Notes under the pieces: model-generated
Told to the model about the DNA's origin: nothing
The model's database searches: none
What the model saw: only the letters and a program-made list of their open reading frames with translations
Assembly: GCA_003599855.1 (NCBI GenBank)
Contig: QZKG01000070.1
Span: forward strand, 5,698 to 69,697
DNA from: Gaiellales bacterium
GTDB taxonomy: Bacteria; Actinomycetota; Thermoleophilia; BMS3ABIN01
Direction of reading: 5' to 3'
Length of the DNA stretch: 64,000 nucleotides
Shown: in pieces, positions 27,649 to 36,701 of the stretch
Layout: each line of letters opens with the position of its first letter
Position numbering within the stretch: the stretch's first letter is position 1
Program-made: the position numbers and the translations under genes

Positions 27649-29355
27649 TTGGCATCTGAAACCAAAACACCGCCTGATATCGACATAGCGCAGGCAGCGG
27701 AGATGAAGCACATCACCGAGATCGCGGCGGCAGCCGGGATCCAGGAGGACGAGCTCGAGCTGTACGGCAACTACAAGGCCAAGATCGACTACATGAAGAT
27801 ACTCGAACGCCTCAAGGACGAGCCGGACGGCAAGCTCATCGACGTCACCGCCATCACGCCGACCCCCTGGGGCGAGGGCAAGACCGTCACCTCGCTGGGC
27901 CTGGCCCAGGCGCTCAAGAAGATCGGCAAGAACGTCATCCTCTGCATCCGCGAACCGTCCCTGGGTCCCGTGTTCGGCATCAAGGGCGGGGCGGCCGGCG
28001 GCGGCTACGCCCAGGCGATACCCATGGAGGACCTGAACCTGCACTTCACCGGCGACATCCACGCCGTGAGCGCCGCCAACAATTTGCTGGCTGCCATGAT
28101 CGACACCGAGCTGATGCAGGGCCGCAACAGGCTCAACATCAACCCGCTGACGGTGAGCTGGCGCCGCGTCATCGACATGAACGACCGTGCCATGCGCCAC
28201 ATCGTCTGCGGGCTGGGCGGCTACCTCAACGGTTCGCCGCGCGAGACCGGCTTCGATATCGCCGTGGCTTCCGAGGTGATGGCCATCCTGGCGCTGGCCA
28301 CCGACCTCAAGGACCTGCGCGAGCGCATGGGCCGCATCGTCTTCGCCTACGACAACGACGGCAACCCGCTCACCGCCGAGGATATCGGCGCCGCCGGGGC
28401 CATGACCGTCCTAATGAAGGACGCCTTGAAGCCCAACCTGATCCAGACGCTGGAGCACGGCCCGGTCTTCATGCACGCCGGCCCCTTCGCCAACATCGCC
28501 CACGGCAACAACTCGGTGCTGGCCACCAAGGTCGCCCTCAAGCTGGCGGACTACGTCGTCACGGAGTCCGGCTTCGGCGCCGACCTGGGCGCGGAGAAGT
28601 TCATGAACATCACCTGCCGCGCCGGCGGTTTCGCCGCCAGCGCCGTGAACATCACCTGCACCATCCGGGCGCTGAAGATGCACGGCTACGGCCGCACCTG
28701 CACCCGCGAGGAGCTCGAGGTGGAGAACCTGGAGATGCTGGAGGAAGGCTGCCAGAACCTCGCCAAGCAGATCGAGAACATGAAGCACTTCGGCATCCCC
28801 GTGGTGGTGACGGTGAACCGCTTCGCCAGCGACACCGATGCCGAGGTGGAGCTGGTGCAGAAGAAGGCAGTGGAGTTCGGGGCCGAGGCCTGCAACCCCA
28901 TCACCGTCCACCGCGACGGCGGCGACGGCGCCATCGAGGCGGCCAACGCCGTGGTGGAGGCCTGCGACCGGCCGAGCGACTTCCAGTTCCTCTATCCGGA
29001 TGAAGCCTCCATCAAGGAGAAGATCGAGACCATCGCCATGAAGATGTACGGCGCTGACGGCGTCGACTACATGCCTGAGGCGGAGCAGAAGATCGAGGCC
29101 TTCACCAGGGCGGGCTACGACAAGCTGCCCATCTGCATGGCCAAGACCCACCTGTCGCTCTCGCATGACCCGACGCTCAAGAACCGTCCGAGCGGTTTCC
29201 GGGTGCCGATCCGCGACATCCGCCCCTCCATCGGCGCGGGCTTCCTCTACCCGCTGCTGGGCACCATGAGCACCATGCCCGGCCTGCCGGAGCGCCCGGC
29301 TGCCGTGGACGTCGACATCGACGTCGAGACCGGGAGGATCAAGGGGCTGTTCTAG
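27649..29355 (+). CDS. fhs: Formate--tetrahydrofolate ligase (formyl-THF synthetase)
   Basis: PTPWGEGKTVTSLGL P-loop and full-length (~569 aa) similarity pattern to Fhs. Start assigned to TTG 27649 after RBS GGAAAGGAG (the track's GTG 27634 lies inside the RBS). Confidence 0.85.
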   Translation: MASETKTPPDIDIAQAAEMKHITEIAAAAGIQEDELELYGNYKAKIDYMKILERLKDEPDGKLIDVTAITPTPWGEGKTVTSLGLAQALKKIGKNVILCIREPSLGPVFGIKGGAAGGGYAQAIPMEDLNLHFTGDIHAVSAANNLLAAMIDTELMQGRNRLNINPLTVSWRRVIDMNDRAMRHIVCGLGGYLNGSPRETGFDIAVASEVMAILALATDLKDLRERMGRIVFAYDNDGNPLTAEDIGAAGAMTVLMKDALKPNLIQTLEHGPVFMHAGPFANIAHGNNSVLATKVALKLADYVVTESGFGADLGAEKFMNITCRAGGFAASAVNITCTIRALKMHGYGRTCTREELEVENLEMLEEGCQNLAKQIENMKHFGIPVVVTVNRFASDTDAEVELVQKKAVEFGAEACNPITVHRDGGDGAIEAANAVVEACDRPSDFQFLYPDEASIKEKIETIAMKMYGADGVDYMPEAEQKIEAFTRAGYDKLPICMAKTHLSLSHDPTLKNRPSGFRVPIRDIRPSIGAGFLYPLLGTMSTMPGLPERPAAVDVDIDVETGRIKGLF

Positions 29356-29385
29356 CGAAGGCCGAATGTATGCGCAAAACCAAAG

Positions 29386-29416
29386 GGGGACACGGGAGCC
29401 CGTGTCCCCCTTTTTC
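29386..29416 (+). terminator. Rho-independent terminator after fhs
   Basis: GGGGGACACGG-gagc-CCGTGTCCCCC hairpin followed by TTTTT. Confidence 0.7.
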
Positions 29417-29533
29417 CATGCTCGCTGCCTTAGTCATCTGGTTATCCAGAAGGGGGTTTTACAGCGGCAGGTTTGAAGTCGGAACTGCAAGACAATAACA
29501 TGGCGTCAACCTGTTCTGACGAAGGAGGCTTCG

Positions 29534-30016
29534 ATGAGAATGAAGCATGTATCTTTACTGACAGTCGTTTTCCTGGTGGCCGCTGCTGTCGCCGCCGGAA
29601 CGGTCAGCGCATGCCTGCTTGCGAATCTGACGCTGACCCCCAACAGCGGTCCTGCCGGCACAATGGTGACAGCTGAAAGCACCGGCGGTACCCCTGACAC
29701 AGCCTACAATCTTTACTGGGATGGGGCCTTGATCGCTTCCGGAACAAGCGATTCAGGAGGCAATGGCACCGCTTCCTTCATGGTGCCCGCGGACGCGTCG
29801 GTGGGCGGACACCTGGTCGAGTACGAGGAGGGCCAGACAGTGATGTGTTCGGCAGGATTCACCGTGACGGCTGCCACGGCGGACACGGGCGTCCAGCCGG
29901 ACGCTTACGTCTCTGTATCGAGCCTGCCGGCTACCGGGCTGGTGCTGCTGGTACCTGCCGCTGGCCTGGCTCTTGCCGGTGCGGGCCTGTGGTACCGGCG
30001 CAGGCGCGATCGATAG
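29534..30016 (+). CDS. Small LPXTG-anchored surface protein (sortase substrate), paralog A
   Basis: Signal peptide, ~110-aa Thr/Gly/Ser-rich beta-domain, C-terminal LPATG + hydrophobic stretch + RRRRDR. Shares motif LTLTPNSGPAGTMV with paralog B (YTLTPDSGPAGSTV). RBS GAAGGAGG. Confidence 0.65.
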   Translation: MRMKHVSLLTVVFLVAAAVAAGTVSACLLANLTLTPNSGPAGTMVTAESTGGTPDTAYNLYWDGALIASGTSDSGGNGTASFMVPADASVGGHLVEYEEGQTVMCSAGFTVTAATADTGVQPDAYVSVSSLPATGLVLLVPAAGLALAGAGLWYRRRRDR

Positions 30017-30138
30017 CGCAACCGTGATCAGTCAGCGGTGTGGCTGTAACAACGCCTGTCTTAAGGGCAGTGCCCTCTGAATCCTTCATCGATGGCAGTA
30101 TTCTAAAACGCTGATGCCAACTCCGATATAATGACCGC

Positions 30139-32091
30139 ATGAACGGATCCAGTACACATACAGTCACTTTCCAGCCCGGCGACATCGTCTGTGAGGGCGT
30201 GCCCCACGGCGCCAACCTGCTGCGCGTCGCCCTGCTGGAGGGAGTGCACATCAACGCCTCCTGCGGCGGTACCGGCGGCTGCGGCAAGTGCAGGGTACGC
30301 ATCGTCGAGGGCAAGTACGAGGGAGGCAAGTCGGCCAAACTCTCGGACGAGGACTACGAGGCGGACCTGAGGCTCGCCTGCCGGGTCACCATCCTCGGCG
30401 ACCTGGAGGTGCAGATTCCGGAAGAGTCGCGCATGGGCGACGCCGTGGCGCTGACCCACGAACGGCGCCCCGGTCCGGGGCGGGTGCTCACCGCCCAGGA
30501 CCTGGAGCAGCTGGTGGAGGGCTGGAGCGTCGACCCGGTGGTCAAGAAATACGCCTTGAAGCTCGATGAGCCCGACGCCGCCAACAACATCAACGACCTC
30601 GACCGTCTGAAGCTGGCCCTCAAGGCCCAGCACGGCATCGGGGACGTCTCGGTGGATTTCCATGCGATCCGCGACCTGCCGACGGCGCTCCGCTATCAGG
30701 ACTGGTCGGTGACGGTGACCGTGGTTGAGACCGCCCGCGGCCCCAAGGTCATCCAGGTTTCCCCGGGCGACCTGACCTCCCAGGACTACTCCATAGTGCT
30801 CGACATCGGGACTACGAGCATCTACGCGCAGCTCTTGGACCTGAACCGGGGGGAGACCGTCGCCCAGGCGTCGGACTACAACGGCCAGATAAGTTTCGGT
30901 GACGACGTCATCACCCGTATCGTCCGCTCCCAGAAGCCCGGGGGGCGCAAGGAGCTGCAGCAGGCGGTGGTGACCACCATCAGCGGCGTCATCGAGAAGG
31001 TGCTGGAGAAGAGCGGCATCGACCGTTGCCAGGTATCCCACATGGTCGCCGCCGGCAACACCACCATGACCCATCTGCTGCTGGGGGTGGACCCGAAGGA
31101 GATCAGGATAGCTCCGTACGTCCCGGCAGCCGCTTTCCTGCCGCCGGTGCGGGCCGCCGACCTGGGCATCGACGTCTGCGACCATGTTCATCTCTATACT
31201 TTTCCCTGCGTTTCGAGTTATGTCGGGGGCGACATCGTCAGCGGCATCATCGGCTCGGGCATCTTCCAGACCGACAAGGTGACCCTCTACGTCGACATCG
31301 GCACCAACGGCGAGGCGGTGGTGGGGAACCGGGAATGGCTGGTGGCGACCTCCTGCTCGGCGGGCCCCGCCTTCGAGGGCGGCGGCATCAAGCACGGCAT
31401 GCGAGCGACCCGGGGCGCCATCGAGGCGGTGCAGGTGGACCCGGCCACGGGTGAGCCCAACATCCTCACCATCGGCGGCAAGAAGCCGCTGGGCATCTGC
31501 GGCTCCGGCATCATCGACGCCGTCGCCGAGCTGCTGGAGGCGGGCTACCTGGAGCAGAACGGCAAGTTCAACCGCGACCGGGCGGGGGAGTGGCTCAGGG
31601 AGGACGAGGACGGCCTCTGGGAATACGTGCTGGTCAAGGAGGAGTTCACCGCCAGCGGCATCCAGGACATCGTCATCACTGAGCCGGACGTGGACAACCT
31701 GATGCGGGCCAAGGGCGCCATCTTCGCCGGCATCACCACGCTGCTCAACAGCGTCGGCATGGACCTGGAAGCGGTGGAGCAGATCTATATCGCCGGCGGT
31801 TTCGGCAAGTACCTGCAGATCGACCGGGCCGCGGCCATCGGCCTCTTCCCGGAGATGGACCCGGAGAAGTTCACTTTCGTCGGCAACGGCTCGCTGCTGG
31901 GGGCGCGGCTGGTGTCCTTCTCCAAGGACATGCTGGAGGCGGGCGAAGAGGCGGCCAGGATGATGACCAACGTCGAGCTGTCCGACAACCAGTTCTTCAT
32001 GGATGAGTACATGGCATCGCTCTTCTTCCCCCACACGGACATGAAGTGGTTCCCGCGCATGGCGGAGATACTGGGGAAGATGGAGCATTAG
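30139..32091 (+). CDS. acsV: Corrinoid activation/regeneration protein (RACo / AcsV): N-terminal 2Fe-2S ferredoxin + ASKHA ATPase (DUF4445)
   Basis: N-terminal plant-type ferredoxin Cys motif (CGGTGGCGKCRVRIVEG...LACR) followed by a ~500-aa ASKHA-fold domain, matching RACo architecture. A TATAAT lies 8 nt upstream of the ATG, so the transcript may be leaderless. Confidence 0.7.
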   Translation: MNGSSTHTVTFQPGDIVCEGVPHGANLLRVALLEGVHINASCGGTGGCGKCRVRIVEGKYEGGKSAKLSDEDYEADLRLACRVTILGDLEVQIPEESRMGDAVALTHERRPGPGRVLTAQDLEQLVEGWSVDPVVKKYALKLDEPDAANNINDLDRLKLALKAQHGIGDVSVDFHAIRDLPTALRYQDWSVTVTVVETARGPKVIQVSPGDLTSQDYSIVLDIGTTSIYAQLLDLNRGETVAQASDYNGQISFGDDVITRIVRSQKPGGRKELQQAVVTTISGVIEKVLEKSGIDRCQVSHMVAAGNTTMTHLLLGVDPKEIRIAPYVPAAAFLPPVRAADLGIDVCDHVHLYTFPCVSSYVGGDIVSGIIGSGIFQTDKVTLYVDIGTNGEAVVGNREWLVATSCSAGPAFEGGGIKHGMRATRGAIEAVQVDPATGEPNILTIGGKKPLGICGSGIIDAVAELLEAGYLEQNGKFNRDRAGEWLREDEDGLWEYVLVKEEFTASGIQDIVITEPDVDNLMRAKGAIFAGITTLLNSVGMDLEAVEQIYIAGGFGKYLQIDRAAAIGLFPEMDPEKFTFVGNGSLLGARLVSFSKDMLEAGEEAARMMTNVELSDNQFFMDEYMASLFFPHTDMKWFPRMAEILGKMEH

Positions 32092-32195
32092 CAGTATTGT
32101 CACTCTGGGGAGCCGCGGGCGACAAAGGGTCCGGTTGACCGAAAGCAGGAATCCTTCGCTTCGCTCGGGGACAATCAGACAGGAGGGAAGAACTC

Positions 32196-32957
32196 ATGGC
32201 GACGGTGGCTGTGGCAGGCAAGGGGGGGACGGGGAAGACGACGATAGCTTCCCTGGCGGTCAGGTATCTCATCAGCAAGGGCGAGACGCCGGTGCTGGTG
32301 GTGGACGCCGACCCGAACGCCAACATGGGCCAGACCCTGGGCATCCCGGTGCCCATAACCGTGGGCGCCGCCCGCGAACAGGGCTTCGCCGGCGACCGCG
32401 ACATCCCCGGCGGCATGACCAAGGACCAGTATGTCGAGTACAAGATGCAGGAGGCGCTGGCCGAGGGCGACGGCTTCGACCTGCTCACCATGGGCCGGCC
32501 CGAGGGCGCAGGCTGCTACTGTTTTGCCAACAACATCATCCGCCGCTACATGGACGAGCTGGCGGGCGATTACCCCCATGTGATCATGGATAACGAGGCG
32601 GGACTGGAGCATCTCTCGCGGCGCACCACCCGCAGGACCGACGTGCTGCTGGTGGTATCCGACGCGGGCGTGCGCGGGCTGGGGGCCGCCCGCAATGTCC
32701 TCGACCTGGCCGCGGAGATGAAGGTGGACGTCGGCGAGTACATGTTCGTGCTCAACCGCGCCACCCCCGAAGCAGCCGCAGCGCTCATGCCGGAGATCGA
32801 GCGGCTGGAGCTGCCGCTGGTGGCAACCGTCCCCGAGGACGCCGGCCTCTTCGACGCAGAGGTCGCCGGCAGATCGCTGATCGGGATGCCGGAAGGCTCT
32901 CCCGCTGTTGACGGCACCACACCCCTTTTTGATAAGATTTTCGCTGCGCAAACCTAG
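32196..32957 (+). CDS. cooC: CODH/ACS nickel-insertion accessory ATPase (CooC/AcsF, MinD/ParA family)
   Basis: Deviant Walker A VAGKGGTGKTT, ~250 aa, located in the acs cluster. Confidence 0.75.
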   Translation: MATVAVAGKGGTGKTTIASLAVRYLISKGETPVLVVDADPNANMGQTLGIPVPITVGAAREQGFAGDRDIPGGMTKDQYVEYKMQEALAEGDGFDLLTMGRPEGAGCYCFANNIIRRYMDELAGDYPHVIMDNEAGLEHLSRRTTRRTDVLLVVSDAGVRGLGAARNVLDLAAEMKVDVGEYMFVLNRATPEAAAALMPEIERLELPLVATVPEDAGLFDAEVAGRSLIGMPEGSPAVDGTTPLFDKIFAAQT

Positions 32958-33128
32958 GGGGGACGTTGTTTCCTAAGTTTCCTAAGGCACGTGCAATCTC
33001 ATAGGGACGTTGTTTCCTGAGTTTCCTATCAGCAGGAATGCATCAATCTCAGCTGAAAATGTGTGTCCAGATTATTGCAAGCTGCTTTGTGGATCATTTT
33101 AGGAAACATAGGAAACAACGTCCCCTAG
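32955..33128. repeat. MITE-like / structured intergenic element: two tandem ~47-bp direct repeats and one inverted copy (~30-bp terminal inverted repeats CTAGGGG(G)ACGTTGTTTCCTAnGTTTCCTA)
   Basis: R1 32955-32987 and R2 33003-33052 both contain GGGACGTTGTTTCCT(A/G)AGTTTCCTA...CAATCTCA. R3 33097-33128 is the reverse complement (TAGGAAACATAGGAAACAACGTCCCCTAG). The element fills the whole cooC-folD intergenic region. Confidence 0.55.
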
Positions 33129-33156
33129 TGTTAACCGGATGGGAAAGGAATGAATC

Positions 33157-34008
33157 ATGGCAGCAGAGGTAATCGATGGCAAGCAGATATCCGCGGACAT
33201 CCGCGCCGAGGTAGCCGAGGAGACGAAGAAGCTGATCGCCGGGAAGGGCGTGACACCGGGGCTGGCGGTGGTGCTGGTGGGCGAGGACCCGGCATCCCAG
33301 GTCTACGTCAACAACAAGGAGAAGGCCTGCCAGGAGATCGGCTTCAACTCCTTCAAGCACGTGCTGCCCGCCGACACCAGCGAGGACGACCTGATGAAGC
33401 TGGTTGATGAGCTCAACGGCCGTGACGACGTCCACGGCATCCTCGTGCAGCTGCCCCTACCGGACCATATCAACGAGGAACGGGTGCTCCTGAACATAGA
33501 CCCGGACAAGGATGTGGACGGGTTCCACCCCATGAGCGTCGGCAAGCTGGTCGTGGGCGCCGAGACCTTCGTCGCCTGCACCCCCGCCGGCGTCATCGAA
33601 CTGCTCAAGCGCAGCGGCGCCGAGCTTGAGGGAGCCAACGCCGTGGTCGTCGGCCGCAGCAACATCGTCGGCAAGCCGGCGGCGCTGCTACTGCTCTCCG
33701 AGAACTGCACGGTGACCGTCTGCCATTCCCGCACGAAGGACCTGGGCGCCGTGACCCGCGCGGCTGACGTGCTGGTGGTGGCCGTGGGAGTGCCCGAGAT
33801 GATAAAGGGCGACATGGTCAAGGAGGGGGCGACGGTCATCGACGTGGGCATCCACCGCACCGACGACGGCCTGGTGGGCGACGTTGCCTACGAGGAGGCG
33901 GCCGCGAAGGCCCGCGCCATCACGCCGGTGCCCGGAGGCGTCGGTCCCATGACCATCGCCATGCTGATGAGGAACACGCTGGAGGCGGCGCGGCGGAAGG
34001 CTTCATAG
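33157..34008 (+). CDS. folD: Bifunctional 5,10-methylene-THF dehydrogenase / 5,10-methenyl-THF cyclohydrolase
   Basis: [14 protein letters not shown]...[23 protein letters not shown]...GILVQLPLP...[12 protein letters not shown] are FolD signatures. Confidence 0.85.
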   Translation: MAAEVIDGKQISADIRAEVAEETKKLIAGKGVTPGLAVVLVGEDPASQVYVNNKEKACQEIGFNSFKHVLPADTSEDDLMKLVDELNGRDDVHGILVQLPLPDHINEERVLLNIDPDKDVDGFHPMSVGKLVVGAETFVACTPAGVIELLKRSGAELEGANAVVVGRSNIVGKPAALLLLSENCTVTVCHSRTKDLGAVTRAADVLVVAVGVPEMIKGDMVKEGATVIDVGIHRTDDGLVGDVAYEEAAAKARAITPVPGGVGPMTIAMLMRNTLEAARRKAS

Positions 34009-34160
34009 ATCGGCCAAGGAACAACATCTGATGCCTACCCCGGGAGCTGATGCCGGGACGCCGTTTGTGAGAATGCGCTTTCATTCCAGGGACGGCAGAC
34101 GTATGATGCGTTTGTGCTCAAGTAGAGCCGATATCATGCATCTTGAAAGAGGAGGGAGAG

Positions 34161-34745
34161 ATGGCTGAAAGCGGTTGGCTTAGAGTGGGATGGACGACCC
34201 TTTCGTTGCTGCTGTCCGCCGTCATCGGGCTGGTCCTTCCGGCAGCGGCTTTTGCCCAGACGCCGCCGCCCGGAGAATGCAACGGCGAGATGTCGCTCCA
34301 CGGCACCTACACGCTCACGCCTGACTCCGGCCCGGCTGGCAGTACCGTGGCATTGAACGGCTCATTCCCCTTGTTCACCGGCATCCAGGATGCCACTCAG
34401 ATCATGGGGCCGCCGCTGGAGGCCTGGTGGTTCACGGGGCCGGGCGACGCCACTTTCCTGGGCGAGCTGCCCACCGACTTCAATGAGGTGGACACGGCCT
34501 ATGTCAGCGGCAACATCACGATACCGGCAGGCGCGGCCCCGGGCCCCCATAACGTGGCGCTGGACATCGCCGGCGGCACCGACCCCGATTGCGTAGTCTT
34601 CACCGTGACCGAGCCGGTTCAGGCGGATGCATATCCTCAGACTGGTGCGAACCGGCTGCCCGATACAGGATACGCCCCATTATTGCCGCTGGCGGGAGCA
34701 GCCGCGGCGGGTGCGTTGCTGACGGCCTGGAGGCGTCGTTCGTAG
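34161..34745 (+). CDS. Small LPXTG-anchored surface protein (sortase substrate), paralog B
   Basis: Signal peptide (MAESGWLRVGWTTLSLLLSAVIGLVLPAAAFA), beta-rich domain, C-terminal LPDTG + hydrophobic stretch + WRRRS. Strong RBS GGAGGGAGAG upstream. Start placed at ATG 34161. Confidence 0.65.
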   Translation: MAESGWLRVGWTTLSLLLSAVIGLVLPAAAFAQTPPPGECNGEMSLHGTYTLTPDSGPAGSTVALNGSFPLFTGIQDATQIMGPPLEAWWFTGPGDATFLGELPTDFNEVDTAYVSGNITIPAGAAPGPHNVALDIAGGTDPDCVVFTVTEPVQADAYPQTGANRLPDTGYAPLLPLAGAAAAGALLTAWRRRS

Positions 34746-34778
34746 GACCTTCATGCCGGCCCGCTCCGTCATCGCCGG

Positions 34779-35108
34779 TTAACGCTTCAGGTAAGAGACT
34801 ACTTCCTCGCCCGGGTTGGCCAGGCCCGCGATCTTCCAGGCTGACAGCGGGTCGATGAACTCCTCGTTGACGCACTCCTGGGGCTGGTGCACGTTCTTGC
34901 AGACGGCATTGAGGATAGGGAATGAATGGTAGTTCTTGTAGTACGAGCGCATGAAATTGATGACATCCATCATGTCGCCGGTGAGCTCCCCGACCCCTTC
35001 ATTCTCGGAAATGGCCCGGGCCACGTCCTCGTTCCAGTTTTCCGGTTCTGCAAGATATCCGTCATCGTCGATGGCTACACTTACACCCTGGTATTCGATC
35101 ACTGCCAT
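34779..35108 (-). CDS. TusE/DsrC/DsvC-family protein lacking the conserved C-terminal arm cysteines
   Basis: ISENEGVGELTGDMMDVINFMRSYYKNYHSFP...KIAGLANPGEE aligns with the DsrC/TusE core (KIAGLPKP motif). The C-terminus ends ...VVSYLKR with no penultimate Cys. Confidence 0.5.
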   Translation of the reverse strand: MAVIEYQGVSVAIDDDGYLAEPENWNEDVARAISENEGVGELTGDMMDVINFMRSYYKNYHSFPILNAVCKNVHQPQECVNEEFIDPLSAWKIAGLANPGEEVVSYLKR

Positions 35109-35144
35109 GGTATCCTCCTGTCCTGACTCTCTTTCCGACGCTCT

Positions 35145-35414
35145 CTACTTGCCGGCGATCTCGTTTTCCAGGTCGCGAATGTACTGCTCCACGAGCACAC
35201 CCAGGTAGATGCACTGGGTTCCGTCCATGCAGGCATCCGCGTCCTTCCTGTCGAGGAAGGCATAACGGGTGTGTCCGCTCTTCTCAAAATTTATCACCCA
35301 GGCGTCCCGCTCCTCGTCGAATGACAGGCTCAGGTGGATACCGCTCGCGGAGATCTCCGGGTACATCTCCATCAGCTTGTCCTCGAGAGCGACCAGTGTA
35401 TAACCCATCTTCAA
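35145..35414 (-). CDS. Hypothetical small protein (89 aa)
   Basis: Uninterrupted ORF with balanced composition, co-oriented with the DsrC-like gene. No assignable motif. Confidence 0.35.
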   Translation of the reverse strand: MKMGYTLVALEDKLMEMYPEISASGIHLSLSFDEERDAWVINFEKSGHTRYAFLDRKDADACMDGTQCIYLGVLVEQYIRDLENEIAGK

Positions 35415-35548
35415 CCTCCTGTTCGTCTTGCCGGCAGAGCGCCGGCCGGATATGCTTCATACATCCCCCCAAAGCGCGAATATTAAGCATTTACCGGGCC
35501 TGGGCGAGGGTGGCGGAAAAAGAAGACATGACTAATCCGGTTTGCTTA

Positions 35549-35578
35549 TTGACGCTGGCCGTAAAAGGGTGGTATGAT
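35549..35578 (+). promoter_or_regulatory. Sigma-70-type promoter of the cdhD-cooS-acsB-acsC operon: TTGACG-N18-TATGAT
   Basis: -35 TTGACG 35549-35554, 18-nt spacer, -10 TATGAT 35573-35578. Followed at 35607-35630 by the palindrome TGTACAGGTT-gcgga-AACCTGTAC. Confidence 0.5.
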
Positions 35579-35741
35579 GCATCCTTATTAAGAGCTTGTG
35601 AAAAAATGTACAGGTTGCGGAAACCTGTACTGGCGGGAATGTTGGCATGACCGGTATGGAGCTCGCCAGGGCCGATCCGGTCAGTCGCTCTTGATAAGGG
35701 AATTTCGGAAGTCAAATCCCAAAGCGAAGGAGAGGGTAGTC

Positions 35742-36701
35742 TTGTCATTCACAGCCCCGATAGAGAAGACAAAAGGACAGATCCGCGAAGTCGAGATCGG
35801 AAGCAGCAGCAAGGTGGGGGGAGAGTCCACCTTCCCGTTCCACCTCTGGGAGGGGGAAATGCCCAACTCCCCGATGGTCGCCATGGAGGTCTACGACGAG
35901 CCCCAGCCGGAATGGCCCGAGGCGGTGCGCAAGGTATACGAAGATGTGATGGACGACCCTGTGGCCTGGGCGAAGAAGTGCCAGGATGAGTTCGGCGCCG
36001 ACGCCATCGTGCTGCAGCTCAGGAGCACCGACCCCAACGGCACAGACGCATCCCCGGAAGCGGCGGCGGAGACCGTGAAAAAGGTGGCTGAGGCTATCTC
36101 CATACCGCTCCTGGTCAACGGCACCGGCTCGCCGGACAAGGACGCCGAGGTGCTCAAGAAGGTCGCCGAGGCCATGCCGGATAGGAACATCCCCATCGGC
36201 CCTGTCGATGACGCCAACCACCGTCTCATAGGGGCCGCGGCCATGGGTTACAAGAAGCCAGTGGTGGCTTTCACCTCCATGGACGTGAACCTGGCCAAGC
36301 AGCTCAACGTGCTGCTCTCCCAGCTGGGCGTCCCCGAGGACAAGATCATCATGGATCCCACTACGGGAGCCCTGGGATACGGACTCGAGTATTGCTATTC
36401 TATTATGGAAAGGGACAGGCTGGCTGCGCTTGTGCAGAACGACGGCAAGATGCAGATGCCGATCCTCAACAACCTGGCGCCCGAGACCTGGAAAGCGAAG
36501 GAGTCAAGGGTCACCGAAGCAGAAGAACCCACCTACGGCGACGTAGAGACCAGGGGCATCCTCTGGGAGGCTATCACCGCTACCGCGTTGCTGCTGTCCG
36601 GCACAGACATCCTGGTAATGCGCCATCCGCAGGCTGTAGAGCTTGTGCGCTCGGCCATCGATGGGCTGCAGGCCCAAGCTAAGGAGAAAATCGCATCATG
36701 A
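35742..36701 (+). CDS. acsD: Corrinoid iron-sulfur protein small subunit (acetyl-CoA decarbonylase/synthase delta; AcsD/CdhD)
   Basis: TIM-barrel CFeSP small-subunit pattern (IVLQLRSTDP...ISIPLLVNGTG...PVVAFTSMDVNLAKQL...IIMDPTTGALGYGLEY). Start moved to TTG 35742, which follows RBS AAGGAGAGGG. The track's upstream extension (MKKCTGCG...) runs through the promoter. Confidence 0.7.
   Translation: MSFTAPIEKTKGQIREVEIGSSSKVGGESTFPFHLWEGEMPNSPMVAMEVYDEPQPEWPEAVRKVYEDVMDDPVAWAKKCQDEFGADAIVLQLRSTDPNGTDASPEAAAETVKKVAEAISIPLLVNGTGSPDKDAEVLKKVAEAMPDRNIPIGPVDDANHRLIGAAAMGYKKPVVAFTSMDVNLAKQLNVLLSQLGVPEDKIIMDPTTGALGYGLEYCYSIMERDRLAALVQNDGKMQMPILNNLAPETWKAKESRVTEAEEPTYGDVETRGILWEAITATALLLSGTDILVMRHPQAVELVRSAIDGLQAQAKEKIAS

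Noticed and set aside
32955-33128. Possible CRISPR array at the cooC-folD junction
   Set aside because: There are only two direct repeats plus one inverted copy, with no regular repeat-spacer periodicity and no cas genes. It is better explained as a MITE-like or regulatory inverted-repeat element.
35598-35741. Cys-rich N-terminal extension (MKKCTGCGNLYWRECW...) of the cdhD ORF
   Set aside because: This stretch spans the operon promoter's downstream region and the 9-bp palindrome. A TTG start with RBS AAGGAGAGGG at 35742 gives a CdhD of normal length, so the extension is most likely untranslated leader.
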